Shown here: one piece after another, positions 41,609-51,180 of the stretch
Layout of the letters: each line of letters opens with the position of its first letter
How positions within the stretch are numbered: position 1 is the first letter of the stretch
From: Promethearchaeota archaeon
Lineage (GTDB): Archaea > Asgardarchaeota > Heimdallarchaeia > Hodarchaeales > Hodarchaeaceae
Length of the DNA: 64,000 nucleotides
Direction: 5' to 3'
NCBI GenBank assembly: GCA_048938105.1
Contig: JBHLMN010000012.1
Coordinates: 141,158-205,157, forward strand
Program-made: the position numbers and the translations under genes
The notes under the pieces: generated by a model
Databases searched by the model: none
Told to the model about the DNA's origin: nothing
Seen by the model: the letters and a program-made list of their open reading frames with translations, nothing else

Positions 41609-42061
41609 TTCAGACTCATTTATACAGTAATGGTTTTAAGGAAATTAGACTCTAGATATTCTGCATTCCAAATATTTATTAAACTCAACAAGTATAAATA
41701 ATTACCGTCTACGTTGTAAACAATTTTAAAGATAAAATAATTAGTTTCTAGATCTGTAATATTCATTGATATCTTTAGGATCAAATTACTTAAATTTTTA
41801 CCCTTCGTTTCCAGTTTTAATCGTATGCAATATTTTCTTTGTATACTTTGATTATTTGTTTTGAACGATTATTATGGTAACCGGATAATTTTGTATTGTC
41901 TCCTTAAGATGATGTCTCTATTCTTCTTAACTCAAGAAAACTGTTAAGAGCTTATGATCTACTGAAATAGGTGACCCTTATGATAAAAGATTATCTAGTA
42001 ACATATTAAGGAATGGTTTACTGGCGGTCGTATTTTTAGATGTCTTTTAGTTTTTTGAGGT

Positions 42062-42751
42062 TTATTTTTGATAAATACAGTTTTCTGCATCGTGTAATGA
42101 AAATGTTATTTTATTTGCGATTTCTTTTATAATACCATATGATAAGGATTGATTGTGTCCTTCTACATTGAAACACCCTAATGATGCAACTTTACTCTCT
42201 TTTATTATGCAGGGAAGATGTATGTGGCCAGTTATTAACCAATGTTGGACGGAGAACTTATAAATCTTCTTAAGACTTATAATAAAATCTGGAACCTCTG
42301 ATTTATCAAGCCAATAAGGATTGTTCCCATCATGAGTAAACCAAACCTTCTCTTGGTTGGCTTCATATAGTAAGAAAGAATCAGAATAAATATGAAAATT
42401 ATTTTTTGACCAGTCCTTGATTTGATTTTCAATTAATTCTTTATCATGATTTCCCCCAATCATAAAAATCTCTTTATCCAATTCACTAAAAAAGCTCATT
42501 ATTTGAAAAACAAATTGGTTGTTCTGTTGGCCGTAATGAAATAAATCGCCTAATATCAAGATTTGGTCAGGTTTGACCTTTGTGATCAATCTTTGTAAAC
42601 AAGCCATCGTTGGTGCTATAGATTCGATACTAAAGTAGCTTTGATTACTATCTGAAAAATGCTGATCACTAATCAACAGGGCATTTAAGGGCTTTGATAG
42701 AATAATTTGTTCAATTGTTCCATCTGTGTTGATTAAATCCATACATTTCAA
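42062..42751 (-). CDS. Calcineurin-like metallophosphoesterase
   Basis: SDQH, GDLF, GNHD, THDG, GHIH. Confidence 0.88.
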   Translation of the reverse strand: MKCMDLINTDGTIEQIILSKPLNALLISDQHFSDSNQSYFSIESIAPTMACLQRLITKVKPDQILILGDLFHYGQQNNQFVFQIMSFFSELDKEIFMIGGNHDKELIENQIKDWSKNNFHIYSDSFLLYEANQEKVWFTHDGNNPYWLDKSEVPDFIISLKKIYKFSVQHWLITGHIHLPCIIKESKVASLGCFNVEGHNQSLSYGIIKEIANKITFSLHDAENCIYQK

Positions 42752-43094
42752 TTGTATTTATTATGTTATAATCCTTTTCTGATACCCGTGTTTAAATCCA
42801 GCTATCGTTATATTCCACTAAAGGAGAATCTAAAGGCATAGAAGACTATAAAAAGGTCAGAGTAAGACGTCTGAAGCCTAAATTGGGGAAATTCAAGCCT
42901 GATTCAAGAATTGACTTTTCTGGAGTATAATTCTATATTGATTTTTGTTAATAGTGTAGATCTTAGGAAAAACCTTTAGTTATTGTAACACTTTTTCGGA
43001 TAATCTATTCAGAGTTTCTTAAGAATGAAAATACCTAACATCTATTTGACAAGAGTATTACAGATGTTTTGGATAATAAAAGACGTGAATAATC

Positions 43095-43253
43095 ATGGTA
43101 CTAGAAGAAGAAGGTCAAGTGTCTCTTGAAAGAAGGAGAAAAGTTCGAGAAACACTAGAATTTTTAAAATATGATGGACAACTAGTACTAGAACCCCAGT
43201 GGTATTCAAAGACATCTAATGATAAGAGTAAACGGTTCAAAGATAAGCTCTGA
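43095..43253 (+). CDS. Small 52-aa hypothetical protein (not in the ORF track)
   Basis: MVLEEEGQVSLERRRKVRETLEFLKYDGQLVLEPQWYSKTSNDKSKRFKDKL; purine-rich coding-like composition. Confidence 0.4.
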   Translation: MVLEEEGQVSLERRRKVRETLEFLKYDGQLVLEPQWYSKTSNDKSKRFKDKL

Positions 43254-43453
43254 GAAATATCAACTAATAAAATCCTTTTCTCCATAAATAACTGAGACTG
43301 ACTCTCTTTTGTATATTTCAAATGCGGGGTATCTATGCCTCTCAATTATTATAGTATCTGTTGGAAATTTATTCTAAGAAAAATACAGAATTAAATTCAT
43401 GTTCATTCATAAATTTATTAAGAAAAAGTCTTGATTTGAGAATAATCTCTTTA

Positions 43454-44176
43454 TTAGCTTATAGGAAAAGCTTCGAGCAGGATCGGTTTTACAACTGAAC
43501 TTAAAATCATATAACCTTTCTCATTTAGGTGAATTCCATCCCATTTAAAGACATCAGTTCGGGGATTCTTGTTCTGATCTAATAGAGCTGGAACAACATC
43601 AATGTAGTCGAGTCTTTCATCTTGTGTACAGAATTCCTGTATCAGTTCGTTAGCCTTCTGCATCTCTGGCCAGAACTTCTTTCGCCTCTTGGGAGGTTTG
43701 ATGGAAATGAAGAAGATTGGAACATCAGGTTGAGATGTATGAATCTTCTCACAAAAAATTCGGAAAGAATTCAGTACTTCTTCTGGTGATTTTTTCTTGG
43801 AAAAAACTAACCCAGTGATATCATTCTCACCAGCATAAAAGACTATACCTTGGGGTCTGTAATGTAATACGACACGATCAGCATAATGGATTACATCAGG
43901 AATTCTTGAACCTCCAAAACCTCGGCCAATGACGGGAAGAGGCGCCATGTCTTCCTTGAGTGTCTTCCAGTAAACTATACTGGAACTACCAGTGAATACA
44001 ATTGTTCTTTGGGTTGGTGGGCTTAAACGGTCTTGTTTTTCAAACTTACGAATACTTTTTTCCCAAATAGTTGGGTCTTCCTTGCTTATTCGTACGATAT
44101 ATCTCAAAACATAGATTAAGGCTGTAATTATACAAAATGTGAGAGCTATAATAAAAAAGATTAAGAAAACATCCAT
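43454..44176 (-). CDS. SGNH/GDSL-family hydrolase, membrane-anchored
   Basis: FTGSSS, RGFGGS, YAGEND, DGIHL. Confidence 0.88.
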   Translation of the reverse strand: MDVFLIFFIIALTFCIITALIYVLRYIVRISKEDPTIWEKSIRKFEKQDRLSPPTQRTIVFTGSSSIVYWKTLKEDMAPLPVIGRGFGGSRIPDVIHYADRVVLHYRPQGIVFYAGENDITGLVFSKKKSPEEVLNSFRIFCEKIHTSQPDVPIFFISIKPPKRRKKFWPEMQKANELIQEFCTQDERLDYIDVVPALLDQNKNPRTDVFKWDGIHLNEKGYMILSSVVKPILLEAFPIS

Positions 44177-44531
44177 AGAAATTCAACCATATTTGGGAAT
44201 AGGCTTGTATTATAAGTTTTTCTGCTTCTAAAAGCTTAGAATGAAAAGAATTTTATTATTTCTGCCAATAATTCATTAGAATTATCTGGAAAAGCGTGTT
44301 CTAAGCCAGAAATTTTATAAAACTTTTAACTAACATTTCCTTGCTTTAAAAGGGTTGATAATTCCTTTATTTTGTCATAATCCAGATCCTCTATCCCTGC
44401 TAGTATGTAACATTTAATCCTCTCCTTTATAGCTCTCTCAAAATTCTTAGAAATAACATCAGGTTGGATAAGAGGAGAATTAACAGCAATTTATCCGTTT
44501 AAGGGGAACTTGGGCTTTCAATGAAAAGCTA

Positions 44532-45155
44532 TTATTGCACCTGTTTAATCACTGATTGACTCGCTACAGCTTGGATCTTCTGACTTGTTTTCTGCGAGAT
44601 CATATTCCGCTTTTCTGCATATTTCATGATGGTCTCCCCGAGAAGTGAGAATGCATCATTAATTTTCACCCCTGTTTTAGCGGATGTTTCGATATAATGG
44701 CAGGCGAACCCTTCGCGTGAGGTCATCTTGGTGAGTTTTTCAGAGAATAGTCTCCCTTGTTCAGCACTTATTGTTTCTGTTTTAGACCCACGCATATCAA
44801 TCTTGTTTGCTACTATGACAATGGGCAATTTATCCCGACCATTATTCGCCCACAGTTCTTTAACCCATTTAGGGACGTTGAAATATGAGTCTGGTCTTGT
44901 TACATCAAAAACAAGAAGTGCTCCCAACGCTCCTCTATAATAAACCCCTCTTACCCCGTCAAAACGTTCCTGTCCAGCTAAGTCCCATATCTGATATCTA
45001 ATAGGTGTACCATATATGACATCATCCTTTGTGGCAAAATCTGCGCCAATTGTCAACACATATTGGGAATCAAAGCCTTTTCCGAGGTATCGTTCACGAA
45101 TAGCCGTCTTTCCAACACCGCCATCACCAATTAATACGACCTTAAGAACGATCAC
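44532..45155 (-). CDS. Rab-like small GTPase, paralog of 38106..38687
   Basis: GDGGVGKT, TIGADF, WDLAGQERF, NKID, ETSAK. Confidence 0.93.
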   Translation of the reverse strand: MIVLKVVLIGDGGVGKTAIRERYLGKGFDSQYVLTIGADFATKDDVIYGTPIRYQIWDLAGQERFDGVRGVYYRGALGALLVFDVTRPDSYFNVPKWVKELWANNGRDKLPIVIVANKIDMRGSKTETISAEQGRLFSEKLTKMTSREGFACHYIETSAKTGVKINDAFSLLGETIMKYAEKRNMISQKTSQKIQAVASQSVIKQVQ

Positions 45156-45473
45156 AATAAGTCTCTCTTTCTAGATTACTCTTATTTATTCACCCTCCTA
45201 AAATAAATGATAACTTTTTCTGAATAATTTATCCGGATATTTGCCCACTAATCAGATTTTTCCTTCGAAAATCAGAAAACTAAAAGTATTCATAATTATT
45301 ATTCTCCTGCTTCCAGATAAAGGGAGATAAAGGGTTTAATAAGAATTTGTCGGGTTTATTTCTAAAAATAGAAGAATTATACTAAAAAACGCGACAAAAA
45401 CTGTCACTACAACAACATTGATTTGTGATTCTTAGGATTCTACTGAGAGAGAAAAGAAGAATGGGGAAAATGA

Positions 45474-45671
45474 TTATCTTAAGATATTAATGCCTCTTTT
45501 CTTTAATTCTTCAAGAAATGGTATCATTGATTCAGAAAGCGGATTTCCCGTTAAATCTATATTTTTAAGATTGGGAATCTCTTTTAAATTGCGGGGGAGG
45601 GTCATCAATTGATTATTGCTTACATTTAAGTATACAAGATGAGATGCTTCAATAATCTCTTCTGGAGAACT
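45474..45671 (-). pseudogene. Leucine-rich-repeat gene remnant (last two LRRs and C-cap)
   Basis: Manual translation PEEIIEASHLVYLNVSNNQLMTLPRNLKEIPNLKNIDLTGNPLS...LEELKKRGINILR*; in-frame stop at 45672-45674 and apparent frameshift upstream. Confidence 0.7.
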
Positions 45672-45900
45672 TCAAATTTAGAATTGGTAATTACGTTAAA
45701 TAATCTCATTGCCTTCTTAATATCCCCTAAATGTTATTTTTTTTTGAAGACAATCAGTTCTTGTTTCAATGAATTGATTTGAAGGATGTTCTAGATAGTG
45801 GGGAAGGAACCACTAAGTAAAATCTAGTATTTTCCAATCATCTAATGACCAAAAATAGGATAATTGAAATAAATGTGGAAGACACTCTCTTACCTTAGTA

Positions 45901-46320
45901 TTACTTTAACCAAGAATATAGCATCATTTTTTCTAGTAATGAATCATTTCCAATTCCCAATAAAGGAAGCAATTCAGGTTTGATTTGAAATAGTATATCT
46001 GTTAAAGGTGTCGTATCAGGGATGTTTAACATGTCTCTGACTGCTGTTATTTCAACCAATAGCTCATTTAATTGACCATAATCGCGTGTCGAAAGGTTAA
46101 ACGCTATTCGAATTTCTTCTAGCTGTTTAAAAATCCGAATTAAGTCATCTATTGGAGTTTGATGAGATAATCCTAGCTCTACCTTCATCTGTTTTAAAGA
46201 ACACCAAACTTCATCAACTGCATGATCAAATAAGCGGTCATCAAGTTTTAGTACAATCCTAAGCTTTTTCAACTCTTCCAATTTTCTTAATTCGTTTGAT
46301 AATAAATTATTTAGGAACAT
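45901..46320 (-). CDS. Hypothetical helical protein
   Basis: 139-aa ORF with weak internal repeat (LGLSHQTPIDDL / LNIPDTTPLTDI). Confidence 0.55.
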   Translation of the reverse strand: MFLNNLLSNELRKLEELKKLRIVLKLDDRLFDHAVDEVWCSLKQMKVELGLSHQTPIDDLIRIFKQLEEIRIAFNLSTRDYGQLNELLVEITAVRDMLNIPDTTPLTDILFQIKPELLPLLGIGNDSLLEKMMLYSWLK

Positions 46321-46716
46321 TCTTATCCAACCATCTCTTTTTTATTCCTAACCAGACAATTATACATATTTTGATTTCATTATTCTTTTCAAGACAAATT
46401 ATGTCTCTGATTAGGAAAGACTCAATCATAATAGATATAGTAATAACATATTCAGAAGTGACAGTTTTCAATAAACAATGTCAGAAATTACTAAAGCAAT
46501 AACCTGGTAAGACTTCAGAAAAAGGAATTTAGCTTGTTTTTATAGATAAGAAAGGAGAAAAATAAATTATTTTGTTTCACTAATGAAACGAGTTCAAGAA
46601 TTTTCATAATTCCGTATTTAGGGAATATAGAGGAGAGTATCAAATATAAAATGCTTGGAAAGAACCCTATAAGGAATTCTAGCGTATAATGAATCCTCAA
46701 TCCTAAAGATTAAAGA

Positions 46717-47412
46717 TCATAGCTTAACCTTTTTTAGATCTTTAAAGGTGTCCTTGTGAATTGATTCAAGCTTCTGATTAGTTTTTAATAGGATTTTCAA
46801 GCTTTTTTCAATTTTTTCAAGTTTTTTCCCAATTTCTTTGAAGTTATTTTCAAATTTTTTCGCTTGAGAGTCATATTGCTCTTGTTTAGACCTTATCTCT
46901 TTGAACTGAGAGTCAGACTGGTTAAATTGTTTGCTAATATCATCAATAGAAATAGTTGCTTCCGATAGATCTTTAGAATCAGCTATAAATGATTCAGATG
47001 GAGTTGGAGGGGGAACTTGATTTATCTTCTGCTCGACGTTGAAAATAGGAGTTTGAGGTGATTTTTCAATAGGGGTAGGTGTGGGAGGTAATGATTCTGA
47101 AATTGTTGGAGGTGGTGTTTTTTGAGGAGGCGAAATTGGAGGAGAAGGAGGGGGAGGAGGAACATGAGAGGTAGGTACTGGAACAGTATTTGGTTCAGTC
47201 GTAGAAGACAGATAAGGTGGGATATTCGATGGTTCTGATATTGGTGTTGGTGGTGGAGGTTCTTCAAAAGATTCTTGAAGATCTAAAGGGATTATTGGTT
47301 TTATTTCATTTGGTTCTCGATCTGTAAGTGCTTTAGCAGCCCCACAATGAGGGCATGGGAAGTTCATCACATAATTCCTGCATTTTTTACAAACGGGACT
47401 CATATGAGTCAT
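46717..47412 (-). CDS. Zinc-ribbon, polyproline and coiled-coil protein
   Basis: CKKC..CPHC; PPPP, PPPPPSPPISPP, PPPTP; C-terminal heptad-rich K/E segment. Confidence 0.65.
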   Translation of the reverse strand: MTHMSPVCKKCRNYVMNFPCPHCGAAKALTDREPNEIKPIIPLDLQESFEEPPPPTPISEPSNIPPYLSSTTEPNTVPVPTSHVPPPPPSPPISPPQKTPPPTISESLPPTPTPIEKSPQTPIFNVEQKINQVPPPTPSESFIADSKDLSEATISIDDISKQFNQSDSQFKEIRSKQEQYDSQAKKFENNFKEIGKKLEKIEKSLKILLKTNQKLESIHKDTFKDLKKVKL

Positions 47413-47955
47413 TTCCTTTTCTAATATTTTTAATTCAATTCTAGTTACTTATCTTTTAATACTACATTCTTATTATTCAATTGTTTAACTGAAATAAAAT
47501 GGAGGTATGGAGTCACACTGAGTCGTTTAGAGATTTTGTCGGATTTATCAGCATTAATCCTTTTGTTTTTATTTTAGCGACTCTTTTGATGTAAATTACT
47601 CTGTTTTAGTTATTTAAATATTTCACATGTCTCTAGGATAATGAAAAACTAATTATTCTACCTGAGGAGGAAATGACTCATAACCTCTCGAATGGTAATA
47701 ATATTCATCAACATGATTGTAAACTATACTTTGATAGATTTTGAAAGAATAATATTAAGAGATCAACGAAAGTGGAGTAGATGATGACCAAAACTTTGAA
47801 ATAGCTTGATAACCATCATTAAGATAGGAGTAATAGGGTTTTAACCTTTTGAACATGTAAACGATAGCCTTTATTGAATTCATGGATGTTTTAGCTATTT
47901 GGGAAGGAACTATAAAGATAATTCCAGCGTATTTGGTATTACTATTCTCCTCTAT

Positions 47956-49326
47956 TTACTCTCCGTCTTTTCTTCTATAGAAAAGTAATACAGCAATCAA
48001 TAAAGTGGAAAATGTCAACCCTGAAGATGTTCGTGGAGTTGATGATGTACTTGTTTGATCAGTTGAAGTTGACACTGAGGTGCTGCCGTCTTCTACCTCA
48101 AGATTAATAATGATTATCCTTAAATCATCATCCAATTGACCATAATCATTCCATCCAGTAATCATACCCAGTAATACGTATTTACCATCACTTGTTTGTA
48201 TCATTGATGCAATCAAAGTCATATGTGAACCTCTAAATGTGACATTGAATTGTATATTACCAGATATATCAGTCTTTAGAAACCACATATCACATACTCC
48301 GCTTCCAGGATTAAAAGCACCTACAACTGCAAATCCATTATCTGATGTTTGAAGGAGAGAAAGTGCCATATCAATACCAGACTTTCCATAAGTTTGATTC
48401 CACTGAATTAATCCTGCTTCATTAGTTTTCACGAGCCATATATCACTCGAGCCCGCACCAAAAGAAATTGTATAACCTGTAAGTGCATAACCCCCATCAG
48501 AAGTTTGAATTAGTTCAAAGGCCTCATCACCTTCTACCCCTCCATAGGTTTCATTCCATAAAACTCCTCCAGAAGTATTTATTTTTAGAAGCCACATATC
48601 TATATAACCTGCTCCAAAGGATTGTGTGGTTCCTGCTAAAGCAAAATCTCCACTAGATGTTTGTATTGCAGATGTTGCTCGATCATCTTTTTCCCCTCCA
48701 TACGTTTTATTCCAGATAGCAACTCCTGAAGCATCGGTTTTCACAATCCACATATCATAATCAGCATTAGCTATAGATGGCCGGGTACTGCCAGTAAGTA
48801 GGAATCCTTTATCTGATGTATAAATTAGTGCACTAGCGTCTTGATATCCATTGTCTCCATATGTTTCATTCCACTCCATGTTTCCATCGCTATCCGTTTT
48901 CACAAGCCACATATCATCTTGACCCTCTCCAAAAGATTCTGTATAACCAACTAAAGCAAATCCTCCATCCGATGTTGAGACAATAGAATGAGCTACATCA
49001 TCCTCCTCTCCTCCAAAAGTTTTGTTCCATAAGATTACCCCAGATGCGTCAGTTCTCACAAACCAGAAATCTTTTTTGTTAAAGCTATACGATTCACTAT
49101 AACCAGCAATTGCAAATCCCCCACCAGCAGTTTGGATAATTGAAGTTCCACAATCCGACCGTGTCCCCCCATAAGTATGATTCCCCTCAATTATTAGAGT
49201 ATATTCTTTATTATTGTTCCTCGAATTCTGTTCTCGACTAGGATGCGAAACAGCAATCATTAAACTAGTCAGTGATGAGAATAATAAGGAAAAAAAGATT
49301 ATTAGGAATATTTCCTTTTTTATCAA
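47956..49326 (-). CDS. Secreted beta-propeller-repeat surface protein with C-terminal anchor
   Basis: Signal-like N-terminus; about 7 repeats of WNxTYGG..D.A....QTSDGG.AL.G.T.SFG.G..DMWLVKTD..G; S/T linker, TM helix, RRK. Confidence 0.8.
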   Translation of the reverse strand: MIKKEIFLIIFFSLLFSSLTSLMIAVSHPSREQNSRNNNKEYTLIIEGNHTYGGTRSDCGTSIIQTAGGGFAIAGYSESYSFNKKDFWFVRTDASGVILWNKTFGGEEDDVAHSIVSTSDGGFALVGYTESFGEGQDDMWLVKTDSDGNMEWNETYGDNGYQDASALIYTSDKGFLLTGSTRPSIANADYDMWIVKTDASGVAIWNKTYGGEKDDRATSAIQTSSGDFALAGTTQSFGAGYIDMWLLKINTSGGVLWNETYGGVEGDEAFELIQTSDGGYALTGYTISFGAGSSDIWLVKTNEAGLIQWNQTYGKSGIDMALSLLQTSDNGFAVVGAFNPGSGVCDMWFLKTDISGNIQFNVTFRGSHMTLIASMIQTSDGKYVLLGMITGWNDYGQLDDDLRIIIINLEVEDGSTSVSTSTDQTSTSSTPRTSSGLTFSTLLIAVLLFYRRKDGE

Positions 49327-49477
49327 CTATTAATCCGACCAAAATTTTTGTTAATCCAAAATTTAAAGGTGTATTATAATGTAATGGGTTAACAGCTGGG
49401 ATATTTCCTTAAAAGAAACAGAAAAAAAATCATTGAACTTAATGATTTTAACTATACAATTCATACCAAAAAAAGGC

Positions 49478-49870
49478 TTAATTCATTAGTACTCTGTAAA
49501 ATTTCTTTCTTAAATTCTTTTTCATTTGTTCTAATAAATATTCATTTCTTTGTGCTTCTTCTAAGTCTTGTTTCATTGTTTTTTCTCTTATCCTCTTTCT
49601 TATTTTCTTTCTTATTGATTTTAAGCCTTCTTCCTCAAAAAGTCGTTGTAAATATTGTTCGTTTTTGGAGGGTTCCTTTCTCTTATAACCGGAGCATAAG
49701 AAATAATAATAAGGATGACCTAGTGGAATCTCTTTCAATGTGGCTTTGTGATAATTCAAATATCTCCTTATTTGCTTTTGATTATTCCAGAAATCGGGAT
49801 TGAATATATATAATCCGTTATGTAATCTTAACGTACTCTCGAATAGATCTTCAATCTCGTTACTCTTCAC
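49478..49870 (-). CDS. Hypothetical basic protein
   Basis: 130-aa ORF, K/R/E-rich C-terminal helix. Confidence 0.5.
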   Translation of the reverse strand: MKSNEIEDLFESTLRLHNGLYIFNPDFWNNQKQIRRYLNYHKATLKEIPLGHPYYYFLCSGYKRKEPSKNEQYLQRLFEEEGLKSIRKKIRKRIREKTMKQDLEEAQRNEYLLEQMKKNLRKKFYRVLMN

Positions 49871-49996
49871 TCATCTTCACTTATTCTTCTAGGGGCCACT
49901 TCAGTAGTTTTCTAATTAGAACTAAAAAGATACAAGTTAATATTTTTTCTAGAGAAATTCTCCGGATTTAACAATGAAAATTAATTAGGAAAAATA

Positions 49997-50953
49997 TCAT
50001 CCAAACAATTCGTTGTATCTCTTTGTGATTTCTTCTTTGAAGGGCATCGAACTTTGAGCTCCCGTTCTTGTGACTGCAATAGAAGCTGATACATTTGCAT
50101 AACTTGTAGCTGTTTTTAAAGTATCACCCTGACATAATCTACTTGCTAAAACACCGTTAAAACAATCACCCGCTCCAACTGTATCAACAGCAGTGACATT
50201 GATAGCTGGAACATGATATTGGTTCCCACTTTTCTTTTCGGAGACAAAACATCCTCTATCCCCTAATGTAACAATCATTGTCTGTATTCCGATGTTATGG
50301 AGATCATTCGTTATTTCCAATAAGATATCATTTTTTCCCTCGTGTTTTCCTTGAAAACCAAGTGAGGAATATAATTGAAAAAGTTCATTTTCATTTGGTG
50401 TTATTATATTAACTTGTTCCAGAACCTCCATCGAGATTTCTTTAAATGGTGCTGGATTTAGGATTTTAATCGTGTTTTTCTTAGTAATGTGAAAGATTTC
50501 TCGAATAACTTTTGTTGAGATTTCCATTTGCACTACTATTACAGAAGCGTTTTGTATTATATCTGTGGCTTTTTTTAAATCACTCGATGTTAACTTCGCG
50601 TTTGCTCCAGGCGCTACACTGATCATATTCTGACCATTTGAGTCTATTAAGATAAATGCGACACCACTTGCATTTTTTGGATCTATTATAACATGTGTTG
50701 TGTCTATACCTTCATGTGCCAGATTTTCAAGCATTTGAGTACCAAAAGCATCATGGCCTAATTTACCAATAAAGATTGTTTTGGCTCCTGATCGGATGGA
50801 TGCAACCGCCTGATTGGCACCCTTTCCTCCAAAAGATTGAGTAAAAGTTCCCTCAGTAACTGTTTCTCCAGGTTTGGGAAATCTTTTTGAATAAATATTA
50901 AGATCCATGTTACTAGAACCAATGATAAGGACGTAATTTCCATTAGATGTCAT
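49997..50953 (-). CDS. rbsK: Ribokinase
   Basis: GSSNMD, GGKGANQA, NPAP, PNENE, DTVGAGDCF. Confidence 0.93.
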   Translation of the reverse strand: MTSNGNYVLIIGSSNMDLNIYSKRFPKPGETVTEGTFTQSFGGKGANQAVASIRSGAKTIFIGKLGHDAFGTQMLENLAHEGIDTTHVIIDPKNASGVAFILIDSNGQNMISVAPGANAKLTSSDLKKATDIIQNASVIVVQMEISTKVIREIFHITKKNTIKILNPAPFKEISMEVLEQVNIITPNENELFQLYSSLGFQGKHEGKNDILLEITNDLHNIGIQTMIVTLGDRGCFVSEKKSGNQYHVPAINVTAVDTVGAGDCFNGVLASRLCQGDTLKTATSYANVSASIAVTRTGAQSSMPFKEEITKRYNELFG

Positions 50954-51180
50954 TCAAGAACCTCTAATTGTAATCTGACTAGTTTATCCCTTAAGTCAAA
51001 ATTCCATGATAAAATGATTGACTTAATGAAGGTTTTTATAATTTAGTTTTGTGATTTCTGTTCTATAAAGTAATTCTCAAACAGGCTGGAGGAATAGCTT
51101 TAATTTATTCTCAATCCAATCATAGATTAAACATAATTACTGATCAATGGGTTCACTGCCATAATTTTGAGGCGGTTGTA

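Noticed and set aside
41610-42060. Possible decayed gene in a long spacer (similarly 47640-47950)
   Set aside because: Multiple stops in the frames I read and no recognisable family motif.
45315-45334. Direct repeat AGATAAAGGG x2
   Set aside because: A single short duplication with no supporting context.
48200-49180. Periodic repeats of about 156 nt
   Set aside because: Protein-coding beta-propeller repeats with no identical repeat/unique spacer structure.
49335-49347. CCGACCAAAATTT variant of the upstream motif
   Set aside because: Mismatch in the core and opposite orientation to the adjacent gene.
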